In this document: positions 18,335-26,453 of the stretch, piece by piece | Layout: every line of letters begins with the position of its first letter | Position numbering within the stretch: position 1 is the stretch's first letter | Assembly: GCA_035352975.1 (NCBI GenBank) | Contig: DAOPYP010000001.1 | Coordinates: 11,332 to 58,501 of the forward strand | Direction: 5' to 3' | Length of the DNA stretch: 47,170 nt | Source of the DNA: Oscillospiraceae bacterium | GTDB taxonomy: Bacteria > Bacillota > Clostridia > Oscillospirales > Ruminococcaceae | Made by a program: the position numbers and the translations under genes | Notes under the pieces: generated by a model | The model's input: only the letters and a program-made list of their open reading frames with translations | Databases searched by the model: none | Told to the model about the DNA's origin: nothing

Positions 18335-18364
18335 AAACGGCTAAGCGAAAGCTTAGCCGTTTTT
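18335..18364. terminator. Terminator hairpin between the M23 gene and spoVAEb
   Basis: 12-bp stem aaacggctaagc/gcttagccgttt with a GAAA loop and a T-run. Confidence 0.75.
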
Positions 18365-18385
18365 AATGCACATATAATTATAATA

Positions 18386-18754
18386 TCAGCTTTTATCCTT
18401 TGGCTTAAAAATCAGTGCGACAATAAGTCCGAACAGCATTGCCGCCGTTATTCCCGCCGCTGAAGCCGCAAGCCCGCCTGTTAAAACTCCAATAAGCCCT
18501 TTTTCGTCAACCGCTTGTTTTACGCCGTCGAAAAGAAGATATCCAAAGCCCGAAAGCGGTACAGTTGCACCTGCCCCTGCAAATTTAATGAGCGGCTCAT
18601 AAAGTCCTAAAGCCCCTAGAATTACGCCCGCAACAACATAACATACAAGAATTCTAGCGGGAGTAAGCTTTGTGTAGTCAATTAAAATCTGCCCTATAGC
18701 GCATAAAATTCCTCCGACAAGGAAAGCTTTAAAATATTCAAGAAATAATTCCAT
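18386..18754 (-). CDS. spoVAEb: Stage V sporulation protein AE (SpoVAEb)
   Basis: About 120-aa four-TM protein with GATVPLSGFG. Confidence 0.8.
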   Translation of the reverse strand: MELFLEYFKAFLVGGILCAIGQILIDYTKLTPARILVCYVVAGVILGALGLYEPLIKFAGAGATVPLSGFGYLLFDGVKQAVDEKGLIGVLTGGLAASAAGITAAMLFGLIVALIFKPKDKS

Positions 18755-18771
18755 TTTATCACTCCGTTATA

Positions 18772-19788
18772 TCAGCATTGATTTGAAATATGCACAAGAT
18801 GTGCGATTGACGGGATACTTTCCCCCTGCTGTGTTGCGGTCGGCGACATAAGCGCACCTGTTGCAATAAACAGCATATTTTTAATTTCCCCTGATTTCAC
18901 TTTGGGGAGGAAATACCCGCACAATGTGCTTGCCGAACAGCCGCAGCCTGAACCTCCGCTGTGGACGTCCTGTTTTTCAATGTCAAAAATCATCTTGCCG
19001 CAGTCACGGTGAACCTTTGAAATATCAATTTTATATTCTTCCTTCATGAACTGATTAAGAAGTTCACTTCCGACAATCCCAAGGTCGCCAGTCACAATAC
19101 AGTCAAAATCCGACGGCTTCATTTTGACATCCTTTAAAAACGTACTTATCGTATATGCCGCTGCGGGTGCCATTGCTGCCCCCATGTTGTTCGCGTCGGT
19201 AACGCCCATATCTACGATTTTCCCTATTGTAACACCTCTGACATAGGGAGGCTCTGCTTTGGGGGCAACGACCATGGCTCCGGAGGCGGTACAGGTCCAT
19301 TGGGCGGTAGGTGTCCTTTGACCGCCGTAGGAAAGAGGTAATCTAAACTGTCTTTCTGCTGTGCAGAAGTGTGAAGATGTAACTGCAACGATATTCCCTC
19401 CCAGTCCGTTATCGGTCATAATTGACGAGAGCATAAGTCCCTCCGCCATTGTCGAGCATGCCCCGTAAATTCCGATTAACGGAATATTCAAATCACGAAG
19501 TCCGAATGTGCTTCCTATGCTTTGGTTTAAAAGGTCCCCCGCGAACATAAAATCAATGTCGGAGGTTGTTATACTTGCTTTTTTCAGAGCAAGTTCAACC
19601 GTCTGCCGCTGAAGCTCACTTTCCGCCTTTTCCCACGTTTTCTGTCCGAAATACGAGTCGCTTTCTATTCGGTCAAAACAGTCCGACAAAGGACCTTGTC
19701 CCTCTTTTTTTCCCACAATTGAAGCAAAGCTTTTTATGCTCGGCGGATTAACCATTGTAAATGTGTTTTTAGAAATTTTATTTGACAT
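18772..19788 (-). CDS. spoVAD: Stage V sporulation protein AD
   Basis: 338-aa thiolase-fold-like protein with the typical SpoVAD N-terminus. It sits adjacent to spoVAEb. Confidence 0.85.
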   Translation of the reverse strand: MSNKISKNTFTMVNPPSIKSFASIVGKKEGQGPLSDCFDRIESDSYFGQKTWEKAESELQRQTVELALKKASITTSDIDFMFAGDLLNQSIGSTFGLRDLNIPLIGIYGACSTMAEGLMLSSIMTDNGLGGNIVAVTSSHFCTAERQFRLPLSYGGQRTPTAQWTCTASGAMVVAPKAEPPYVRGVTIGKIVDMGVTDANNMGAAMAPAAAYTISTFLKDVKMKPSDFDCIVTGDLGIVGSELLNQFMKEEYKIDISKVHRDCGKMIFDIEKQDVHSGGSGCGCSASTLCGYFLPKVKSGEIKNMLFIATGALMSPTATQQGESIPSIAHLVHISNQC

Positions 19789-19818
19789 ATAGAAATTCCC
19801 CTTTATTCTCGTTAACTT

Positions 19819-19847
19819 TATTTTCCCATAAAAAATATTTTTTATTC
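19819..19847 (-). promoter_or_regulatory. Possible forespore (sigma-F/G-like) promoter GAATA-15-GGGAAAATA upstream of spoVAD
   Basis: Motif read by eye on the minus strand. spoVA operons are forespore-expressed in Bacillus. Confidence 0.25.
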
Positions 19848-19866
19848 ATTTTGAGGAGAGAACAAT

Positions 19867-20304
19867 ATGATAAGAAAAATGGTGAAATCAGATATCTCAG
19901 ATTGCGCGAAAATACTTTGTGATGTTTACAACAATGAAATGTGGCAGTGCAGATGGAGTTTGGACATCGCCGCTGAGTATTTATATGATTATTTTGAAGC
20001 AAAAAAATTTGTTGGCTTTGTTCTGGAAATTGACAGAAAGATATGCGGTGCAATGTTCTGCCACGAAAAAATCTGGTGGAACAACAGTGAGCTGTTCATA
20101 GACGAGATGTTTGTACAGCCCGAAATGCAAGGAAAAGGCTATGGAAGCGAGCTTATTAAAGCTGCCGAAGAATACATAATAGAGTATAAGCTTGCAGGCT
20201 TTACTTTAACGACTAATCGTTATGCACCTGCCCCAAAGTTTTATAAAAAGAATGGTTTTGTCGATTGTGAACACATTTTATTTATGTGTAAGGAAATTCA
20301 ATAG
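19867..20304 (+). CDS. GNAT family N-acetyltransferase
   Basis: Motif A QGKGYGSELI. Confidence 0.75.
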   Translation: MIRKMVKSDISDCAKILCDVYNNEMWQCRWSLDIAAEYLYDYFEAKKFVGFVLEIDRKICGAMFCHEKIWWNNSELFIDEMFVQPEMQGKGYGSELIKAAEEYIIEYKLAGFTLTTNRYAPAPKFYKKNGFVDCEHILFMCKEIQ

Positions 20305-20333
20305 AAAAATACTTTATGATAAGGAGGCTATAC

Positions 20334-20717
20334 ATGAAAATTAACCATATCGCGCTTTATACAAAAGACCTTGAACGCATGAAAAAATTCTACGAAAAAT
20401 ATTTTAATGCGGTTTCAAACGACAAATATCATAACAAAAATACAGGTCTGATGACTTATTTTCTTTCATTTGACGACGACTCAAAACTTGAAATCATGAC
20501 TCGTCCTGATGTTTGTGAAACAGAAAGAAGTAATTTAGGCTGCGGATATATTCATCTTGCATTCAGCGTCGGAACAGCTGAAAACGTGGACAGCCTGACC
20601 GAAATGCTTGAAAATGACGGCTATAAAGTAATGTCCCGTCCGAGAACGACCGGCGACGGATATTACGAAAGCTCGGTTTGCGACCCCGACGGAAATATTA
20701 TTGAAATAACCATATAG
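20334..20717 (+). CDS. VOC (glyoxalase/bleomycin-resistance fold) family protein
   Basis: MKINHIALYTKDLERMKKFY start and a C-terminal DPDGNIIEI motif. RBS AAGGAGG precedes 20334. Confidence 0.75.
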   Translation: MKINHIALYTKDLERMKKFYEKYFNAVSNDKYHNKNTGLMTYFLSFDDDSKLEIMTRPDVCETERSNLGCGYIHLAFSVGTAENVDSLTEMLENDGYKVMSRPRTTGDGYYESSVCDPDGNIIEITI

Positions 20718-20778
20718 ATTTGCATATTTCCTTTTAATGTGGTATTATATTATAAAAATTATTTTTAAGGAGATTTAT

Positions 20779-21249
20779 ATGATTCAGATTGAAATGGAAA
20801 ACGGAAAGCTTATTAAAATAGAGCTTTATCCCGATATTGCTCCCGAAACGGTGAAGAATTTTGAAAAGCTCGTTTCAGAGGGCTTTTATGACGGACTTAT
20901 TTTTCACAGAGTTATCGAGGGCTTTATGATTCAGGGTGGCTGTCCCGACGGAACGGGTATGGGCGGCCCGGGATATAATATTAAGGGCGAATTTTCTTCA
21001 AACGGCGTTAAAAACGATTTGAAGCACACAAAGGGTGTTATCTCAATGGCTCGCTCAATGAGACCGGATTCAGCAGGCTCACAGTTTTTTATAATGCACC
21101 AGGATGCTACCCACCTTGACGGCGAGTATGCCGCTTTCGGAAAGGTTGTCGAGGGAATTGACGTCGTTGACGAAATTGCCGCTGTTTCGGTTGACAGAAA
21201 CGATAAGCCGAAAAATCCTCAGGTTATGAAAAAGGTTACAATAATATAA
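20779..21249 (+). CDS. ppiB: Cyclophilin-type peptidyl-prolyl cis-trans isomerase
   Basis: FHRVIEGFMIQGG and SAGSQFFI motifs. RBS AAGGAG precedes 20779. Confidence 0.9.
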   Translation: MIQIEMENGKLIKIELYPDIAPETVKNFEKLVSEGFYDGLIFHRVIEGFMIQGGCPDGTGMGGPGYNIKGEFSSNGVKNDLKHTKGVISMARSMRPDSAGSQFFIMHQDATHLDGEYAAFGKVVEGIDVVDEIAAVSVDRNDKPKNPQVMKKVTII

Positions 21250-21253
21250 AATA

Positions 21254-21283
21254 AAAATAAGGGCAGAAACTGCCCTTATTTTA
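21254..21283. terminator. Bidirectional terminator between ppiB and mazF
   Basis: Stem ataagggcag/ctgcccttat with an AAA loop, flanked by A/T runs. Confidence 0.75.
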
Positions 21284-21295
21284 AATATATGCACA

Positions 21296-21652
21296 TTATG
21301 TAGTGCTGTTTCCAAGTCCGAAGCTTATTGAAAGAGCGCTGTTTACCTTTGACATTGAATTCGGGTCTAGCTCTCCCATTCGCTCCTTAAGACGTTTTTT
21401 GTCGATTGTTCGTATCTGTTCAAGAAGCACTATACTGTCTTTTGAAAGACCGCATGATACCGCGTTTAAATCTATGTGCGTGGGAAGCTTTGCTTTTTCT
21501 TTCTGGCTTGTAATTGCGGCGGCTATTACCGTCGGGCTGTGCCTGTTCCCCATATCGTTTTGAACAATTAAAACCGGTCTGACACCGCCTTGTTCCGAGC
21601 CGACAACAGGACTTAAATCCGCATAATATATTTCTCCCCGTTTTATGGACAC
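21296..21652 (-). CDS. mazF: MazF/EndoA-type mRNA interferase toxin
   Basis: Close resemblance to B. subtilis EndoA ([30 protein letters not shown]...[13 protein letters not shown]). GTG start follows GAGGAG. Confidence 0.9.
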   Translation of the reverse strand: MSIKRGEIYYADLSPVVGSEQGGVRPVLIVQNDMGNRHSPTVIAAAITSQKEKAKLPTHIDLNAVSCGLSKDSIVLLEQIRTIDKKRLKERMGELDPNSMSKVNSALSISFGLGNSTT

Positions 21653-21924
21653 ATTAAAACACTCCTCATTCTTATTCTTGCCTTATGAATGATTTAACAA
21701 TTCAGTTTTTATTTAAGAATACGGCAGGAAATATATTGCCGTTGATTATATTGTTGACTTGTTTTTTCAAAATAATCATTCATATAAAAAATAGGGAGCA
21801 GTTTTCAGGCTTTAGTATATCTTATGAAAAGTCATAATAATATGTGAAAACATTTTTTGCGATAATGCATTTTGATATTATATGCATTATCGTGCGTAAT
21901 AATAAAGAAAAAGGATGTAATTTG

Positions 21925-22725
21925 ATGAAAATTGACTTTCATACGCATGCATTTAACGATGTGATTGCGGAAAGGGCAATAAAAAAACTTTTGTCCGTTG
22001 AGCCGTCGCTTCATAATTATACCGACGGGACAATCGCCGACCTTGTGGTTAAGCTTAAGGAATGGGGAACAGACATAGGCGTTCTTCTCCCCATTGCAAC
22101 AAAGCCCTCACAGCAGACCGTTATAAACGACTGGGCAAGCGAGGTTCAGAAAAAATATTCAAGCATAATTTCATTCGGGAGCGTTCACCCCCGCGCCGAT
22201 GATGTTTTTGAAGAGCTTGAGAGAATAAAAGCTCTCGGACTGCGCGGAATTAAATTTCACCCCGATTATCAGGAGTTTTTTATTGACGACGAGGATATTT
22301 TTCCTGTTTATGAAAAATGTGCCGAGTTAAAGCTCGTTGTGGTTTTTCACGGCGGATATGACCCCCTTTCGCCGGAACTTATACATACAATGCCGGACGC
22401 CTCTCTTCGCGCGCATAGAGCTGTCCCTGATATGACGATGGTTTTAGCGCATTTCGGCGGAATGTATAAATGGGATGATGTTGAAAAATACCTTGTCGGC
22501 GAGGATATATATTTTGATACGGCATTTGTCGGCGGGGAAATAAGCGACGAGCAGTATGAGCGCATAATAAAAGCTCACGGTGCCGACAAAATCCTACTCG
22601 GAAGCGATTGCCCTTGGCAGAAAACAAGCAAAGAAGTTGGGTTTATTGAAAGGCTTAATCTTACCGCTGAAGAAAAAGAATTAATCTACTTTAAAAATGC
22701 CAAAAGGTTGCTGATGATTGATTGA
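21925..22725 (+). CDS. Metal-dependent amidohydrolase (PF04909-like)
   Basis: MKIDFHTHAF start, and later HFGG and a D...CPW end. The track start at 21844 has no RBS. Confidence 0.7.
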   Translation: MKIDFHTHAFNDVIAERAIKKLLSVEPSLHNYTDGTIADLVVKLKEWGTDIGVLLPIATKPSQQTVINDWASEVQKKYSSIISFGSVHPRADDVFEELERIKALGLRGIKFHPDYQEFFIDDEDIFPVYEKCAELKLVVVFHGGYDPLSPELIHTMPDASLRAHRAVPDMTMVLAHFGGMYKWDDVEKYLVGEDIYFDTAFVGGEISDEQYERIIKAHGADKILLGSDCPWQKTSKEVGFIERLNLTAEEKELIYFKNAKRLLMID

Positions 22726-22774
22726 AATATTGGGGCATAATAAATTTAAGTCGAAAATTTTATATTAAATACCC

Positions 22775-22802
22775 TTGCAATTTTGTGAATCTATGATAAA
22801 AT
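22775..22802 (+). promoter_or_regulatory. Sigma-A-type promoter TTGCAA-16-TGaTAAAAT for the ferredoxin gene
   Basis: Hexamers plus an extended -10 TG. Confidence 0.4.
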
Positions 22803-22848
22803 ATAATAAAAGGTTTTTACCTTTCTAATTTCAAGGAGGTGTCTTCTA

Positions 22849-23019
22849 ATGGCATATAAAATTAATGATGATTGTATCTCTTGCGGAGCTTGCGAAGCAG
22901 AATGTCCTGTAAGCGCAATTTCTGAAGGGGACGGAAAATTCGTAATCGATCCTTCAACCTGCATCGACTGTGGCGCATGCGCAGGCGTTTGTCCTGTAGG
23001 CGCTCCAAACGCAGAATAA
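22849..23019 (+). CDS. fdx: Clostridial-type 2x[4Fe-4S] ferredoxin (56 aa), below the ORF-track size cut-off
   Basis: Translation is MAYKINDDCISCGACEAECPVSAISEGDGKFVIDPSTCIDCGACAGVCPVGAPNAE. RBS AAGGAGG sits 8 nt upstream and a terminator lies downstream. Confidence 0.9.
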   Translation: MAYKINDDCISCGACEAECPVSAISEGDGKFVIDPSTCIDCGACAGVCPVGAPNAE

Positions 23020-23032
23020 TATCTATCGTTGT

Positions 23033-23066
23033 AAAAAAAGCCTCCGGTTAATTCCGGGGGCTTTTT
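23033..23066 (+). terminator. Rho-independent terminator after the ferredoxin gene
   Basis: Stem agcctccgg/ccgggggct (one G-U pair) followed by T5. Confidence 0.75.
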
Positions 23067-23174
23067 AATTTTTCTGCGAACAATAATTGTTATTGAATAT
23101 TTAATATTATCGTGTTAGAATAAATAATAGTCATCAAATTTTTTGAAAATATATTATAAAAAAGGGGTGAGGCC

Positions 23175-24539
23175 ATGCCGCAGAATGATTTGAACTGGTA
23201 TAAGCTTGACAATGCCGCAAGGCTTTTTCCGTCAGTAAGCAGCACCACGGCTACCAACGTTTTCAGGCTTTCGGTCAGACTTTATGAAGAGATAAATCCC
23301 GAATTTTTAAATAAAGCAGTTATGCAGGCGCTTGACGAAACGCCGTCATTTAGGGTAAGACTCAGAAAAGGTCTGTTCTGGTATTATTTCGAGAATAATC
23401 CTGCCGAACCCGAAGTTAAAGAAGAAAAATTCTATCCTTGTCGTATGCATGACAGATATAAAAACCGCGGCTATCTTTTTGACATAACATATTTGGGAAA
23501 GTTTATTCATGCCGAATTTTTTCACGCCCTCTGTGACGGTACGGGTGGAGCAGATTTTTTATCCAAAATAGTGACGAACTATCTTCTTTACTCCCATAAA
23601 GACGAGCTTTTGGACGGGATTGAGCCAATAAACAGCGGCATTTCGTTTTCAGCACAAAAAGAAGACAGCTTTTTAAGGGTGGCAAGAGATAACGAAATAA
23701 AGCCCGAAAACATTGTAAAATATCGCGCATATAACGCACCGGGAACGTATAATCAATACGGCGAAATTAAAGTTATTAAGGGGATTTTTCCTCTTTCTCA
23801 GATAAAAACACTTTCAAAAGCTCGTAATGTGACTATTACAGAATATCTAGTTTCCACATTAATATACTCAATGTATAAAGAATGCTTCGTATACGATCCG
23901 GTAAACAGACCTATTGATATTTGTGTTCCTGTAAATCTGAGAAAATTTTTCCCCTCTGAAACGATCCGTAATTTTTTTGCAACAATTTCTGTCGGTGTGG
24001 ATTTTTATAAACAGGCTCATACTTTTGACGAGATTTTGGAAATTGTCAAAATAAAAATGAAAAAAGAACTTGATCCCGAAAATATATACCCTAAAATTAT
24101 GTATTGTGTCAATGCGCAGGATAATATTTTTTTAAGATTTATTCCGCTCTTTTTTAAAAATATTGTACTAAAATACACCTTTTCAAAAGGCGAAAAGGGA
24201 TTTACAAGCGTTCTTTCAAATTTAGGCTCATTTAATATCAATAAGGAGCTTGAGCCTTATATTGAACGATTTGAATTTATGCTAAGCCCTACGCTTAATT
24301 CACGTTATAAGACGGCGGCGTGTTCATATAAAGACACTTTTGTGTATACTTTTGCTTCAAATTCCGAAAACACGGAGATACAGCGCAGATTTTTTAAATT
24401 TCTTCGTGAACAGGGAATCGACGTAACGATTTCGTCTAACATAAACGACGAGCCTGAACTGCCTTTAAAAAAGCCTGAAAAAATAAAAAAGCAAAAAAAG
24501 AGCCGCAAGAAAAAGGATGATAAAAATGAAGTATTGTAA
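23175..24539 (+). CDS. HxxxDG acyltransferase (condensation / alcohol-acetyltransferase-like superfamily) with a Lys-rich tail
   Basis: FFHALCDGTGG catalytic-type motif and N-terminal WYKLDNAARLFP. RBS GGGGTGAGG. Upstream promoter TTGAAT-17-TGtTAGAAT at 23093-23121. Confidence 0.6.
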   Translation: MPQNDLNWYKLDNAARLFPSVSSTTATNVFRLSVRLYEEINPEFLNKAVMQALDETPSFRVRLRKGLFWYYFENNPAEPEVKEEKFYPCRMHDRYKNRGYLFDITYLGKFIHAEFFHALCDGTGGADFLSKIVTNYLLYSHKDELLDGIEPINSGISFSAQKEDSFLRVARDNEIKPENIVKYRAYNAPGTYNQYGEIKVIKGIFPLSQIKTLSKARNVTITEYLVSTLIYSMYKECFVYDPVNRPIDICVPVNLRKFFPSETIRNFFATISVGVDFYKQAHTFDEILEIVKIKMKKELDPENIYPKIMYCVNAQDNIFLRFIPLFFKNIVLKYTFSKGEKGFTSVLSNLGSFNINKELEPYIERFEFMLSPTLNSRYKTAACSYKDTFVYTFASNSENTEIQRRFFKFLREQGIDVTISSNINDEPELPLKKPEKIKKQKKSRKKKDDKNEVL

Positions 24540-25188
24540 AAACTGCAAACTTGATATTGAAAATAATTTTATGCAGTGCCCTCTTTGTCATTCAATTCTT
24601 TCAGAAAAAAACGATAATTTTAATAACGATTATCCATTAATTAAAAAAGATTATGCATCAGGACTTATTAGAAATTTAATTTTATTTTTTATGATTTGTT
24701 CCTCAATTATTTCGGTTTTAATTAATATTTATGCGGAAAATAAAACATCGTGGTCTTTTATATCAATTGCGGGCTCGGTATATCTTTATTTTTCGACTTT
24801 ATTTTTTTTAAAAAAGGGGAAAAATTACGGACTATTTATTTTAACTCAGATATTTCTTATTTCTCTTGTGGCATTTGCAATTGATTTTTCTTTCGGATTA
24901 AACGGCTGGTCAATTAATTATGTTATTCCGTTTATTATTATTTCGGGGAGCCTCTCGGTATTTGTGTTTAGTATAGTCAAGCCATTTGTATACAAGGAGT
25001 ATATGGTTTATCTGCTTGTTATCGCACTTTTGGGGCTTTTTCCGTTGATTTTTATATTAAAAGCATGGACTAAAGTCCCCTGGACAAGTGCCGCATGTGT
25101 GGTATATTCAACTCTCACGGTAATTGGAATGCTTATTTTCAGCAGAAGACATGTAAATTCGGAATTAAAAAGACGACTGCATTTCTAA
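24526..25188 (+). CDS. Zinc-ribbon plus polytopic membrane protein (DUF6320-like)
   Basis: CKNC...CPLCH ribbon followed by five or six TM segments. Its start overlaps the 3' end of the acyltransferase gene. Confidence 0.55.
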   Translation: MKYCKNCKLDIENNFMQCPLCHSILSEKNDNFNNDYPLIKKDYASGLIRNLILFFMICSSIISVLINIYAENKTSWSFISIAGSVYLYFSTLFFLKKGKNYGLFILTQIFLISLVAFAIDFSFGLNGWSINYVIPFIIISGSLSVFVFSIVKPFVYKEYMVYLLVIALLGLFPLIFILKAWTKVPWTSAACVVYSTLTVIGMLIFSRRHVNSELKRRLHF

Positions 25189-25313
25189 TTAATTAAAACA
25201 AATAATATAATAATTATTTAATTAAATAAAAAATTAATTAATTAATTACAATATTATTATTAATTTAAAATAATATTTATTTAGAAATTAAATTATATAA
25301 ATCGATAAAATAT
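25189..25313. other. Near-pure A/T tract with reiterated TTAATTAA / AATT units
   Basis: About three G/C bases in the first roughly 110 nt. Multiple overlapping TTAATTAA palindromes. Confidence 0.9.
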
Positions 25314-25337
25314 TGACGAAAAAAGGTGACAGAAGAA

Positions 25338-25754
25338 ATGAAGATTATACATTTACTGAATAGTTGTATTTATGAGAAAATTGAGGAAAAAATAAAGATA
25401 CATTATGGAACAAAGGAAATAGATAGATATAAAAAGTTATACTATTATTTAAAGAACATGCAGGTTAATAGCACTTCAAATGAAATTTTATGTATTTATA
25501 TTTCTGCTTACAAAGAAGATGAAGATGAAGATATCAAAATAGATGATTTCATGGAAGATGACACATCATTATATTATGATGTAAGTGCTTATGAAAAGAA
25601 TGATGACAAGGTTTATTCAATTGCCGCTACAAAATATTCTGATTTTTTACAATACGAAATTGATGAAAAAACATTACGAAAATTTTCATTTGAAACTATT
25701 TTAGCTCATTGTTTTTGGGAAATTACTTGTTATGGATTTGAAGATAATAAATAA
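25338..25754 (+). CDS. Hypothetical acidic cytoplasmic protein encoded by a markedly low-GC gene
   Basis: ORF with RBS AAGGTGA 8 nt upstream of ATG 25338. D/E-rich centre. No motif recognised. Confidence 0.55.
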   Translation: MKIIHLLNSCIYEKIEEKIKIHYGTKEIDRYKKLYYYLKNMQVNSTSNEILCIYISAYKEDEDEDIKIDDFMEDDTSLYYDVSAYEKNDDKVYSIAATKYSDFLQYEIDEKTLRKFSFETILAHCFWEITCYGFEDNK

Positions 25755-25827
25755 ATATTCTAAATGCTATTTTAAATAATGACTTAAATTAAATTTTAGA
25801 CTATGCAATTATTAGTAGGACTAAAAT

Positions 25828-25863
25828 AAAAATGCCGATTTTTAAAATAAATCGGCATTTTTT
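25828..25863. terminator. Bidirectional terminator (orphan gene / dpaB)
   Basis: Stem aaatgccgattt/aaatcggcattt flanked by A and T runs. Confidence 0.75.
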
Positions 25864-25868
25864 ATATA

Positions 25869-26453
25869 TTAAATTAAAATCGGCTGAATTTGTTTCCCGT
25901 CAAGCGCATAAATTATGGATTCTTTTATTCTGCCATAATCCGCAACGACCGATGTCGGCTTTTTTTCAGGATCATCCTGTGACATTGGGACAAAATAATA
26001 ATTTTTGTAATTGTAAAGCATTCCTATGTTTTTTGCGGAGCCCGAAAGTGCATCGTTCGTCGCAATAGCTATGACAACGGGGCGCATATTTCTTATGTGT
26101 GATTTAACCGCCATTGTAACAGGGGTGTCGATAATTCCGACCGCAAGCTTAGCGAGCGTATTCCCCGTACAGGGTGCGACCGTCAGAATATCAAACATTT
26201 TTTGAGGACCGATTGGCTCCGCCCCTTCTATGGTATGAATAATCTCTCTCCCGCAAAGTTCGCTGATTATTTTTCTGTTTTCTTCAGCCGTTCCGAAGCG
26301 TGTGTCGATATTATATGCGTTGAACGACATTATAGGGGTTACTTCAGCGCCGGATTCAATAAGCACTTTTATCTGCTCAAAGCTTTTTTTAAAGGTACAG
26401 AATGAGCCGCAGAGCGCATAGCCGATTTTTATTCCCGAAAGCTCAGGCATCAT
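25869..26453 (-). CDS. dpaB: Dipicolinate synthase subunit B
   Basis: Flavoprotein-fold 194-aa protein overlapping dpaA by 4 nt. Confidence 0.85.
   Translation of the reverse strand: MMPELSGIKIGYALCGSFCTFKKSFEQIKVLIESGAEVTPIMSFNAYNIDTRFGTAEENRKIISELCGREIIHTIEGAEPIGPQKMFDILTVAPCTGNTLAKLAVGIIDTPVTMAVKSHIRNMRPVVIAIATNDALSGSAKNIGMLYNYKNYYFVPMSQDDPEKKPTSVVADYGRIKESIIYALDGKQIQPILI

Noticed and set aside
21690-21790. 24-codon ORF (MNDYFEKTSQQYNQRQYISCRILK) upstream of mazF, considered as a possible antitoxin.
   Set aside because: It has no RBS. It is far shorter than MazE/EndoAI and shows no RHH or AbrB-like pattern.
22783-22789. TTGTGAA in the ferredoxin promoter spacer, considered as a Rex operator.
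   Set aside because: Only one half-site is present. No TTCACAA partner lies at the required spacing.
25189-25313. A/T tract considered as a replication origin or DNA-unwinding element.
   Set aside because: No DnaA-box-like 9-mers (TTATCCACA type) are possible in a tract with almost no G/C. No dnaA, dnaN or rep genes lie nearby.
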